A DNA stretch of 64,000 nucleotides from Massalongia carnosa (taxonomy: Eukaryota). The stretch's first letter is position 1, and each line of letters opens with the position of its first letter. The position numbers and the translations under genes were made by a program. Shown piece after piece: positions 25,038-37,442 of the stretch. The stretch is taken from assembly GCA_965645245.1 (NCBI GenBank), contig OZ287085.1:682001-746000 (forward strand). The letters are read 5' to 3'. The notes beneath the pieces are model-generated. The model did no database searches. It was not told the origin of the DNA and saw nothing but the letters and a program-made list of their open reading frames with translations.

Positions 25038-25564
25038 TTGAGACATGAAATGCTAAAGAAGAAATAATTATTAGCTTGCTGAGATGAAGGGAGCTACGAT
25101 AGAGAAGATTCTTTACCTGAATAAAATAGAAAAAAGCTGCGGTGAAAAGGCTATGGTGAAAAGAGCTACGATGATAGATAAACAACACGAAAAGCACCGT
25201 AAACCCAATCGAGTCCGCGTTTAACCTTTTATAAACGATTTGAAAGAAAATCTGATGCTTCGCGAAGAGACCTCCTCCCCCTACCACAAACAGGCGAAAA
25301 ATCACGCAAATTTCGAGATGTCGACTATGGTTGATATAATTAATAGGTCTGCAAAGTTTTTCGATATCATACGATAAAAAGTATACTCGCAAAGACGTAC
25401 CTCTTTTTGGTTCTTTCCGTACGGCGTCCTCTCCGCATTATTTGATAATTCAGTACTGTCGCAATCCGCGTTCTCTTTTTCGGGTTAAAAATCTAACCTC
25501 ATCAGGTTAAATCTGACCGAATGAGGTAGTCTGGCCCAAATTAGCAGGGGAACTCACTCAGTAC

Positions 25565-26032
25565 TATATAGATAATATATTGGTATTTTCCCAGACCATG
25601 ATACAACATACAAATCACGTCCGACTGGTATTGGAAAAATGACGGAAATATAGTCTACAAGTCAAATTTCTAATTGTCTATTCGACAAGACCGAGCTTGA
25701 TTTCCTGGGATTATTGTAAGCAGTAATAGTATCTCTATAGGACCTTCTCGAGTGACGACAATTATTAATTGGCCTGAAAATCAAAATTATAGAGATCTTC
25801 AAGTATTTCTTGTATTCGCTAACTTTTACAGACAATTTATAAACGAAATTTTCTCGCATTGTGACTGCTCTAACTTCTCTGTTAAAGGGGGGGAAGAAGG
25901 GTAAGTTTGACATCAGATTATCATTTACTGAAGAAGCAAGAGAATCGATTCGTTGTCTTAAGCACGAGTTTACTACCGCCCTATGTTACTGCATTTTGAC
26001 CACAAGCGAAATATATAATAAAAGACGGACGC
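25565..26032 (+). pseudogene. Gypsy RT C-terminal half and connection region relic
   Basis: YIDNILVFS, LDFLG, FANF..QFI..FSRIV..LTSLLKG, HFD...KTDA. Confidence 0.8.
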
Positions 26033-26034
26033 GA

Positions 26035-27320
26035 CCTGGGGTGCCACCTTCGCCAAGGCAAGGCAAGTTTACAGTGCCGTGGTTTGTCTAGCTATGACAT
26101 ATAGGTCAACCGTATGGTAAATGACCAAAGAAGTCAAAAAGTCAAAAACGTCAACGAGCAAGCTCTCCGTCATGCAAAACAATTGCCTTCGCACTATAGC
26201 CGGTGTCTTTAAAGCCACTCCTATCTCAGTACTAGAAGCAGAGATATTTATAGCGCCAATAGACACGCATCTCGACATGCTACAAGCACAGGCAAGGCAC
26301 CGGCTCCGAGCCGGAGACCAATTGAAGATTATCTCCTCCGCATGCAACAAAATAGCTGACAAACTTCAAGGAAAGGCATGTCGCGAACAACTTCATAAGC
26401 CCACCCCGGGACAGCTGAAACACATCTGGGCCAAATGCCTTTTGATCGGCTAAAAAATAGTTTAACCACTAAAGGCACACACATCATTATTCGAAGTCTA
26501 CCTGGCGTGGCACCGCGAAGCTACCGTTGCGGCAACGGCCCGACAGAAGCAGATGCAAATAATCAAAGCACGACAAATGAAGGTCTGGAACGACTCGTGG
26601 TGCGCATATCAAAATCGCTTCATCGAACCTTCTATAGCACAATCAGTCCCACTGAGCAAAAAACGGCTGAAAGTACACACATAGCTAAAAAAGGCAGAAA
26701 GCGCTCTAACAACTCAAATCCGCACTGGCAAGATCGGCTTAGCTGACTTCCTCTACAAGCGACGGGTGCCCTCCGGCACCTCACCGGCCTGCTCATGTGG
26801 CTGGTATAGACAAACTCCAGGACATGTAATCGTGTTCTGCAGACTTATTGACAATAGAGAACAGATGTTTCGCGCCGGCACGAGCGACTATCAGCAGCTG
26901 ACCGAATCATCAAAAACTCTGAAAATACTAACTGCTTGGCTAATGAAAACATGCTTATTAAATCAATTCTCACTAGCATCAACATTATTGTAAAATCAAC
27001 AATAATTGAATCTTTCTTTCTTTCTTCTCTTTTCACAAGGCATTACAGTTCCCAAACGTCTTATACACTGCGTCTCCCGCCCGACGTCGACCCGTAGTCA
27101 CATCGGAACGGTATCAAGCGACATGGTTTTTAGACGTGTGAAAGGTTTTCCATGTAACATAACTTAGATAACTTTGCCCGCATGTGCCGGCCTACGGCCG
27201 AGTTTATATCGGAGTATAAATACATCATCATAATTATCATTATCAACATATCCTAAAATAGTTTAGTTTTATAACCTTAGGTTGAATACATATATTGAAT
27301 AAATAAAAATATAAATAATA
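26035..27320 (+). mobile_element. 5'-truncated Tad-like LINE, family C, ending in (CAT)n plus a LINE-B tail
   Basis: QNNCLRTIAGVFKATP, CSCGW..QTPGHVIVFC; 3' UTR related to family A; 27245-27320 matches the last ~75 nt of LINE-B. Confidence 0.9.
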
Positions 27321-28378
27321 CAGGCCATTTCTGGTATCTAAGAACATTAGAACTAATTCAAAGAAAATATTCTTGGCCCGAAATGACCAAGAAAATTAGA
27401 TATTATATGGAGACATGTACAAAATATCATCAGGTTAATGCGAGGAGACACAAGCCTTTTAGGAAATTAGAGTCCTTGTCAATAATCAAAGGGCCTATAC
27501 AAAATTAGACAATGGATTTTATAACGGATATGCTATCTACTCTTCGTCGAACGGTAGATTATATACGCCGCGCAAAGGGTCGGGTTAGGTCAGGTTTTGT
27601 CTATTCGAACCCAATCCGCTACCGGGTTGCGGAGCCTGTAGGGCTCAGCCTGGTGGGTTAGGGAGCCGTTTCCGGGTTAACCTTTTTGACCTATTCGACC
27701 CGGTCGATTTTTTGTGTCAATTTTAAAATTGTTTTTGAGACGTTTTGAACACATTTGAAAATTCTGAAAATTCTGAAATTAGTCATCAAGAAATGATGAT
27801 TAGTTAGCAAAATTTTTATCACTTTATATTTTCGTCGAATTTTCATATTTAATTTGCAGAATAAACTGACCGGGTTGAACGGTTTAAAACAGCAACCAGA
27901 ACCCGTCTGTTCGGGTTCAAGGAGGTCCAACCCAACCCGAAAACCCGTCCCAAACCCGGAGGATAGTGTAACACAACTAGTTACGCGGCGTAGGCGTATG
28001 ACTCGATTCTGGTAATTGTAGACCGAAATACTAAGTACGCACGATATATCGCTAGAGGAAGGACGGGGAGGCTGAGTCAATAGGCGATATCCTAGTGGAG
28101 GAGGTATTTGGCAAATTTGGTATGCCAGTTTCTATCGTTACAGATAGGGGAAGCCTATTCAACTCCAAATATTAGTCCCATTGCTGCTATTACTTGAGGA
28201 TCCGACTGAGTTACAGAACGGACTTCTATCCTCAAACGGACGGACAGACGGAGAGACAAAATCAAACTCTTAAACAATATCTTCGATGATACGTCAATTA
28301 TCAACAAGACGATTGGATTTATTTGTTACCTATAACAGAATTTGGGTACAATAATAGCCTGCATAGCGTCACGGAAAC
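27321..28378 (+). pseudogene. Gypsy integrase relic, interrupted by a MITE
   Basis: GHF..RT.ELI.RKY.WP, MDFITD, YDSILVIVDR, IVTDRGSLF, FYPQTDGQTERQNQTL. Confidence 0.9.
27564..27992. mobile_element. MITE, long form of the TACGCCGCG family
   Basis: TACGCCGCGCAA...TTACGCGGCGTA; collinear with 10506-10960; TSD degraded. Confidence 0.85.
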
Positions 28379-28510
28379 TGTAACGAAGCGAGATAGTGAA
28401 TAGATTTCTACCATTGCGGCATCTGTCCTTCCCGACCAAAAGGCACAATACTTAGTCCGCAGAATAAGATCTTTTCTACTATAACTGGGACTCCTGCTAT
28501 GTTCGATATA

Positions 28511-31500
28511 TTTTATTTTATTTTATTTTATTTATTCATTAAGTGTATTCAACCTAAGGTTATGACACTAAACTATTTTAGGATATGTTTCTATAATACA
28601 AATAAATCAACCCTTTATAACCCATCTATGTATCGTCAATTTTCCCCCGTTTTTACTACGTGTTAGTAACAACCTATAGTAATCGAGAAATTATCGATTT
28701 TACAATTTATCTTAGTAAGTTCGTAAATGTTTCAACATAAATCATTTCTGATTTTACTGTTCGATCTCTCCCCAGCCTCCCGTTTCAACAATTTCGTCAT
28801 CAAGCTGACCTAGTATCCATTTTCTAGTCGCGATTTTGTTATTGACAATGAATTTTATTCAAAATGTCATTTCCAATTTGTGTATTAAACAACATATTCA
28901 AGTCGATAGTAGTATCGACATTTTGTTTCATGTTTTGAATTTCATCGAATTAGTGAATGCAATTCAATAACAAGTGTTCTGGCGTTTGTCGTTGATTGCA
29001 TCTATTTGTGAATTTTGACGAATTATAATCTTTCAATCGATGTAAATATGATCGAAAATAACCGTGTCCGAATTTTAGTTGCATAATAGTGGCAAATATC
29101 AATTTAGAGCAGTTGTTTGATAAATAATAAAAACTCGATATGCCAGGTTGCATTTCGAATTTCTCATAGTATTTGCCTTTTGATTTGCATTGTTGCCATT
29201 GATTCGTCCATGTAGTTAGCATATTTTGATTTATTTGATCTTTTACATAGTCAAATGTTATCGGCGAGGACTAGACTAGGATTCGATTATGTCCCGTCTT
29301 TCATGTTTTGTCTGCAATTTCGTTTTCGGTAATTTTCGAATAACTCGGAATCCATTGCAAAATCACCTGATAATTGCTTTCAAATAAGCGTTTTGCGAGC
29401 TTTCGAATTTGTCTTGCGAAAATATTATTTGTCAAGTTCTGAATTTCGTTTATCGCCTTTATGCTATCAGAAAAAATCCAAATCGTTTTTTCTAAGTTCG
29501 ATAAAATATTAGTATTCGACAATTTATAGACCCATTTCGTTGCTTGTAAAATCGCATGCAGTTTAGCATTTTTAATGCTTGACTGTTTGCTTAATTTCCA
29601 GCTTTTCGAAATCGAATGATACTTGATCAGACAATCTTTTTCGATAAATCGATCAAAATTATCAATAATATTATTCCAATTCCGCAAAATTGGTGCAAAT
29701 GTGACTGCAGACGTTGCAAATTCGATTTTTGATCAATCCGTATAAAGTAAAACTCGGGATTTATCAGAGTTCATTGATTGAATTTTTGATAAGGTCGAAT
29801 AATAACTTGATTTTGCAGATTCTTTTGTATTTTCGATTTGAAATTCGATTTTGCATGACGATTTCCAAGGTTTAATGAAATGGTTTAATTGTTCAAATTC
29901 ATCAGTTTTGTGAACTATGTCAGAAACGGAATGAAGAACGCGAATAAGCTGACTAGGGTGACGTTTATTTGTCTGTTTTTCATCTTCGTTCCATTCGGCA
30001 TATTTGTTGTTCCATAAGCTAGAGTCAAAACCGAGGTTTTCATATTTTATCGAATATGTGTTTGGAATTCTTTGAAAAATAGGATTATTTTCGGCAATCT
30101 TCAATAATCGAATTGCGTATTTTTGATTTTTCATTAATAATCGAAGTTTGACTGGTAAAACATGTGATTCAATTTCCATCGACTGAACAGGTGTGGTTTA
30201 GAAAGTTCCTAAAATTTTCCGAATCATTCGATTTTGCAAATTCTGAAATAGTTTTTCATATTTCTTTTGACCATTATACCAAATTTCTGAGCCGTAGTCA
30301 GAAATAGGAACAATGCATGACAAATAGAGCTGTCTGCATGCGGTCGGTTTCAGACCCCATTTGGATTTCATTAAATTCTGAATTGCAAAAAACGATAGAT
30401 TCGCAGAAGAGATTCGCGTTTCGACGTGTTTTTGAAATTTAGTTTTCGGTCTAGCCAGACGCCTAACCAATTGACTACATTTTTCGGTTCTAGTATTGTC
30501 CCGTTTGGTAATTCCAATTTGTCTTTCGATAAGTTTCTTGTCTTTTCGAAATGAATAAGCTCGGATTTATCGTCATCAAATTTGACATTATTCGATGCGG
30601 CCCAATCAAAAGCTATTTTGACTATGATTTCGATTTCTTTGCAATTTTGTTTTGAAGTTTTAATTTCGACATATATTGCAACATCGTCAATAAAACTAGG
30701 AGAATGTGCATTAAATTTCATTCGTATTTTCGGAAACAAGTGACGAATGTAAATCAGAAATAGAATATGCGAGATTGGTGAACCTTGTGGAATTCCTGAT
30801 TCGACAAAATATGTTTTGCTTTTGTTTTCATCGAATATCAAATTGATCGATCGTTTTGTCATGAAATGCTTAACCCATTGAACTATTATGCGAGATAATT
30901 TCTGCTTTTTCATGACATTTAGCAGTTGATTAATCGAGACAAAGTCAAATGCGCCTTTGACATCGAGTAATAATCAGGATAAAACGTTTTTATTTCGATT
31001 CGCAATTTCGATATCATGAACGACGTTCATTACTGCGTCAATTGCAGAATGATTTTTGCGTCCGCCCATCTGTTCGATATCTAGTAAATTCGAATTTTCG
31101 CCTAAGTAAGCTAGTCGATTTGCAACGATTTTCTCAGCAATTTTACCAAGACAATTTAGTAATGTAATAATTCGATATTATTTTGGTAGCGAATAGTCTG
31201 ATTTATTAGGTTTTTTTCAGGAATTCACCGAGTCCTGTCCGCCAGCATAACGGGTGATAACCGATTAAAATAATTTCGAATAAATCATGAATATCACGTT
31301 TTTCAACGATTGAAATGATTTTTGAACAGTTGTAAAATTGATTGCATCAGGTCCACATGCTTTCTTCGGATTAAATAAATTAATCGCATTTTGCAGCTCG
31401 TTTTCGGTCAAATCTGGCCAATTATTATCATTTTCGCTGTCTTGATTTGGTAAATCTTCGACATTATCGTCTATAAATGGGTTTTTATTGTACATTGCTG

Positions 31501-34500
31501 ATACAAACGCAATTAATTTGTCATCAAACTGAACATTAGGCTTATTTTCATGTAGAATCAGCGGTATTTTTTCGAATATGCGCGGTTTAGTATATTTATA
31601 CGCGGTAAACACGTCTATATTCGCTGCATTTTCTAGAAAAGTCAACCAGGTTTGTTGTTTTGCTTTTCGAATTGCATGAAAATACTCGATTCGACTATGT
31701 TTAAACGTCCGATTACTAAAATCGGACGGATAATTCTTCCATTCTCGACGATGCTGCACATGATTTTTCGAAGTTCGGTTAAATCTTACGACCACTAATT
31801 TTTCGATTTTGCACATATTTTTGTTTTCGGAATAAACATTTCAGCCGCGTTTTTAATAATTTTTTGCAAATGTATCGCTGATTCGTCGAATTGATTATTA
31901 TTCAATAAACTTTGAACTTTTGATTCGTAGTTGATTGAATTTTCGTCTAGAAACTTCGCGAATTTATTCCAATCGGCTTTATTGCAATTATATTTATTCG
32001 ATAATGCGGTTGCATGTGACGTCAAATTCTTGAATGATGCGATTAGTTTAAATCTGATGACTTCATGATCTGAACCTGTGACTGCGTTTTTATCGATTTC
32101 CCAGTTTGTAAGTTCATTTTTGATTTTGGGATTTGCAAATGTTAAATCAATAACAGATAATGAACTTCCAGAATGGGCGTAGAATTTGCATAAATCAAGT
32201 GTGTTTATCAAACTACATTTGTTTATTTTCAACCATTTGACTAAATTTCTGATCGAATTGGGTGTTGAATTTTTGAATTCCACCAGTTATGATGTGCATT
32301 GAAATCTCCACAAATGACGAATTGATTAGTTGATATAGGTTGATATTTGATTAAAAGTCGTTCGATCGTGTATGTTTCTTGATCATTTTGACTTTTTTCG
32401 TTATAAATATTGAAAATCTGCACTTTTCGAACTTCATCAATTGTAATTTCAATAATTTGCATATCGGAATCGTCAATAAGATCTGTTCTAGGCGTGCATT
32501 GCAGTTTGGGATTGCATTTTGTGACAAATATAGTTACTCTCGAGCGATAAGTCGATATTTTCGGCATAATGCATGTAAATGACGGATGTGATATTGGTTT
32601 TTGATCTCGTGTCCATGGTTCCTGAAACAAAACAATATCAATTTGATTTGATAAAGTATATTCCAAACACGAAGTTATTGCATTCGTTGACCTTCTACAG
32701 TTGTGTTGAATAAATTTGACATTGTGAGTATTTTCTATATTTGCCAATGAATGCTGTCCTGCGATTATAAGGCGGATAATTCGTCAGCCGATTTTCGTGG
32801 ATTTAATGCAGTAAACATTTCACAATGTTTATCATTTGATTGATGATTTTTATTGGAGTTTGCACATTTCTCAACAACGTGTGAACACGCAGTTTTCGAT
32901 TTGCATGTTATGCATTCATGATTACATGTTTCATGATTTTATGCACAAATATTGGATTTTGATTTGTTTCGACACTGATTATGCTTGTGTCCGAATTTTT
33001 GACAATTAATACATTGTGTATTCTGACGAACGGAAGTAAATATTTCCGTGTCACAGTGTTTTCCAGCGATATTTACGCCTTTTAACGCGTTTAAGGCCTG
33101 ATTTCGATCATTAAAAGTCAAAACGACCGAAGAATTGACTTTATTTTGCGGTCTCGTGCTAGCCATCTGGGTAAATCGCATAATTCCATGTTAAGGTTGA
33201 ATTTCTGGATTTCATTTTACAAATATTGCATATTTTGTAGAAAATGGATACTAGGTCAGCTAGAAGACGAAATTGTCGAAACGAGAGGTTGGGGAGAGAT
33301 CGAACAGTAAAATCAGAATTGATTTATACTGAAACACTTACGAACTTTACAAAGACAAATTGTAAAATCGAAAATTCGATTACTATAGGTTGTTACTAAC
33401 ACGGAGTAAAAACGGTGAAAAATTGAAGATTCATAGATGGGTTATAAAGGGTTGATTTATTTGTATTATAGATATATATTTTAAAATAGTTTAGTGTCAT
33501 AACCTTAGGTTGAATACACTCATTGAATAAATAAAAAAAAATAAAAAAAATTACATAATTTGATCAAACGTTGCAATATTTACTCCATGTGCGATCAAAT
33601 TAAACCAGGATTCGTCTTTTCGAATTCTTTGTGCATCGAACATATGTTCCATATAGATTTGTTTTCCAACAATTCTGCAGCAGTGTTTTTCGAACTAGTA
33701 GTGAGAACGATATTCTGACCAGTTTTCGAGTGTTGATTACGATATCTAACTTCGCGTTGCTGAATTGCGCAGTGATTTGATCTCGAAGTTTCAATGAGTC
33801 GATATCGCCGATTTGAATTTTTGGTGTAATTATCAGTCGTCTGAGTTTGATTGCATTTAATTCGTCGGTTTTGTCGAATTTGTTCGAGGTTTGACTCGAA
33901 TTTTTCGATCTGGAAACAAACAGTGGTCCAATTTTCGGAATTCGCAGTTGCTTTTCCAAGCATTTGACTCCAGGATGGAGGCGTGTTATTGACCTTTGTA
34001 CTCGTAACCCCGGCGGTTTCCTTTCGTGCGTTCATGTTGACGTCTTTATTTGGATTTTCAGTCGTATTGACTTGTTGAACCCGAGTCGATTTTCGCGTTG
34101 TTTCTGAGGTCCGATTACTAGACTGATCAAGTACCTTGTCTAATTTCCAATTCATCATGTCTAGTATTGTTTTTATATTAATTGGTTTTTTTGTCAATAA
34201 GAAATTGACATTATCAATGACTATTGCGGTTTCTGGATTTTGATCTAAGACAAATGACTCCAATAACTCGGTTTTAGCCGTTTTGAGTAATCCAATCGAT
34301 TGTGCTCGATTGATTGCTTCTTGGCTTTCCTCTACTCGTTCGTCGAATGTTTTTCGTTTGTTACGTTTGATAGGCGGGCTTAATTCTATATTAGAATTTA
34401 ACGATGGCATGGGTAGATTGGTAGTAAATTGTCCAGATGGGAATTTGGTTGCTTTTGGGGTCGGCGTAGTCGGGGCGGACGAATATTCATATGATTGATC

Positions 34501-35556
34501 CATAGGCTCGTCAAGTACAGGCGATTTTTCTATAAGTCCTACTGACGAGAGCCACGGAGATTCAATTTGGGGAGGGTTTTGAGGAGTGCTCAGGGGTGTT
34601 CCCGGGGAGGCTCTCGATATAATTCGTCGAGTCCTAGGGAGTACCGGATTGAACATGATTTAATAAATAAATCGATATGCCTTTTCAATATCCCTTTTAT
34701 CAACACCAAATAATTTATTCGGATGTTCCCCGGACGTACTAATCAGAATAGAAATTTACACCAATTTACCGGTCTAACGACTCTTGCTTTCCTATCCCTA
34801 TTTATATGACAATAACTTGTCAAATAAATCCTAATCGGGTTAAAATAGACCGTTCCTCGCTTAGGCAGTAAATCTTATTTAACCCTTTACCAGACACTAC
34901 AATAGTTGAAAATAATGAAAGTTTTTCTTTTTCTTTTTTGCGATAAAAATAGATCTAAGGCAAGGTAAGATAATAAGAGACTTCCTATTCTGATTAATCT
35001 GAAATTGGATCTTTGGTATAATCCTATTCCAGACGTTTTTCCCCTTCTTTTCAGTGATCTGTTGACCGGCCGTTCAATGGAGATCGATAAAGCCTAAAAT
35101 GGTATATGCAGAAATTATACGTGAAATACTGTGAAAATTTGTGCTTGCGGAAGTTCCCGTAACCTTAAATGAGAAATAAACTTCAAAAAGTTGATCGTCG
35201 CGACAGTTGTTGTACAGTACCGCGACAGTAGATATTTTTTGTAGATAAATCTTGTAGTAATAATTGAGGGTAATGCGACAACAGAACAGAAGAAAGTGAG
35301 AAAAAAGAGCGATTTTTGGTGATATTGTTAGTATTTGTTGTTTTTTATAACTTCTTTAGCGCGCTTTATCACGTCTGTCGCGTGCGACCAGCAGAAAATC
35401 TCTGCTGGAGCTTTGCTAGAGCTCTCCTACACTCAATATGAGTCCGTTTTTGCTCTGGATGAGCTCAAATTACTGAGAAAGAGATATTCAATTAACTGTG
35501 AAAGTTATAGAGTATCAAATGTTGCGGTACTTGTGTTTCGATAGGTGGTATTTGGT
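28511..35556 (-). mobile_element. LINE-B copy 1: full-length, degraded Tad-like LINE with RNase H
   Basis: 5' UTR, ORF1 (from 34656), APE (QHNC, QEPW, GDFNAHH), RT (PQGSP, FIDD), RNase H (YTD, FSDS, WIPS), C-terminal CCHC, 3' UTR and poly-A; several frameshifts. Confidence 0.95.
33238..33550 (+). mobile_element. LINE-B 3' fragment inserted antisense into ORF1 of copy 1
   Basis: Matches the B 3' end plus poly-A; ~12-bp TSD TTGCATATTTTG/TTACATAATTTG. Confidence 0.9.
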
Positions 35557-35623
35557 TCTTAGTCAACAATATATATTCGCTATAGGTCCTGCCGTCCGCA
35601 CCACGCTTGGTCGAACCGTTACA

Positions 35624-36430
35624 AAAATGACACCGTCCGAGGCTTATTTAGGGAAAATCCCAAATGGGAAAACGAAATACTGACCGACAAAGACTCAGAG
35701 GTCCCGGCGGCCCGGATCCTAGCTACCGATATGATTGAAAAAAGGAAACACCTGGAAGAATTATTGCAAAATGCCTTAGATTCTCAAGCTAAGTACTATG
35801 ATTAAAAATATATCCCCAAGTCTTATAATATAGGTGAAAATGTCCTACTGAACGCTAAAACATCAAGGTCACTAGACCGTCCAAGAAACTAGACTACAAA
35901 TATTATAGACCATATGAAATTTTAGCTCCTATCGGGAAATAGGCGTACAGACTTCAACTTCCTAAACTTTTAAAAGAGAATTCATAACGTTTTCCGTGTC
36001 TCTCTGTTGGAACCTTATAAATTCGACTCCAACAAGCTCCCTGAGCAGCCTCAAGCTATAGAGGTAGAAGGAGAAAACAATAGGAAGTAGAACAAGTACT
36101 AGATAGTAGAATTTACTATGGCAAAATACAGTACTTTGTGAAATAGATACCCCGCGCAACGGGTCGGGTTTCTCTATTGAAAACCTAACCCGTTCATGGC
36201 GAACCCTATGATTTTTGAAAGAAAAACCCGGTGGCGAAAAAGCAATTTTGTGGCAAAAACCCAACCCGCTGCGCGGCGTAGAAATAGATTAGTTATTCTA
36301 TCTTAGATAATCAATAATTATAGGTGGAAGATAAGGAAGGGACACAAGAATTAATTGCCACTTATCCTAGAAATATTTAGAGGAACCGTCGAGAACATCT
36401 ACGAGGAAGAAAAGAAAATTAAAAGTATAA
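35624..36430 (+). pseudogene. Gypsy integrase C-terminus (GPY/F region) and chromodomain relic
   Basis: QAKYYD, RPSKKLDYKYY.PY, AYRLQLP, IHNVF.VSLLEPY, then a chromodomain-like segment ending in QELIATY. Confidence 0.85.
36148..36280. mobile_element. Short MITE with perfect 8-bp TSD
   Basis: GAAATAGA at 36140-36147 and 36281-36288; family TIRs. Confidence 0.9.
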
Positions 36431-36475
36431 AGAATTTCTTATTCGGGGCCGACAGGCTAAATTAAAAATCCTCTT

Positions 36476-36626
36476 CACGCCGCGCAACGGGTCGGGTTTC
36501 TGTACTGAAAACCCAACCCGTTTATAACGAACTGTATGATTGCTGGTATCAGGTTGGGTTTTAAAACAAAAACCCAGTGGCGAAAAAGCAATTTTATGGC
36601 AAAAACCTAACCCGTTGCGCGGCGTA
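36476..36626. mobile_element. Short MITE with 8-bp TSD
   Basis: TSD ATCCTCTT/TTCCTCTT; family TIRs. Confidence 0.9.
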
Positions 36627-37102
36627 TTCCTCTTCCTCTATCTACTCGATTATATGCTCCCCTTCGTGATGCCGACCGATAAAAAATTCATCTAACCGGA
36701 CGACAAAAATCCTTCTTTCGACGGCATTCTCTACACTTGCTGATCCCCCCGTCAACTCAAAGAAAACTACGTTATCTATTACTACCTGCTGCTTAATACA
36801 TCGAAAGTAAACGCCTACTTCCGGTGTGGGCCCCACCAAGAACTGGGAGTAGCAAGGGGAGCAGAAACAGAGGGCGGAATATTATCACCTTCGCCAGGGT
36901 TCGGACCGGAGACGGGTAGGGCAGGCGGAGACGGAACTAGAATACATAGACAAATATGGTCCGGAGGATCTTTTCCGGCCCTTACGTCATCCACAAAATG
37001 ACGAGGAGTTTTAGTAGGGGCAATAATAGTCAAAAGAGTATAAAATTGAGGTGAAGTTTGATGTAAGATGATTGGTATATTGAGGTGACGACTAAGGAAT
37101 TA

Positions 37103-37442
37103 ATTTTTTAATTTTACTAAGTTTAATTAACCTAAGGTTATTACATTAAATAATTTTAGGATATGTTTCTATGATGATAATACATTCATACTCCGATATA
37201 AACTCGACCGTAGGCTGGCACATGCGGGCAAAGCTATCTAAGTTATGATACATGGAAAACCTTTCACAGGTGTAAAAACCATGTCCCTTGATATCCGTCC
37301 GATGTGACTACGGGTCGACGTCGGGCACCAGACGCAGTGTATAAGACGTGTGGAAACTGTAATGCCTTTTGAAAAGAAAAGAAAAAAAGGTTCAACTATT
37401 GTTGATTTTACAATAATATTATTACTTGATTTTGAGCCAAGC
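37103..37442 (-). mobile_element. LINE-C 3' end with appended LINE-B tail; detached end of 44067-45420
   Basis: Reverse complement of ~26934-27320. Confidence 0.85.

Larger units (their letters stand above)
28379..35623. mobile_element. ~200-bp solo LTR (28379-28510 plus 35557-35623) split by LINE-B copy 1
   Basis: TGTAACG...CGTTACA inverted termini; Gypsy integrase reading resumes after 35623; TSD GAAAC/AAAAT. Confidence 0.7.
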
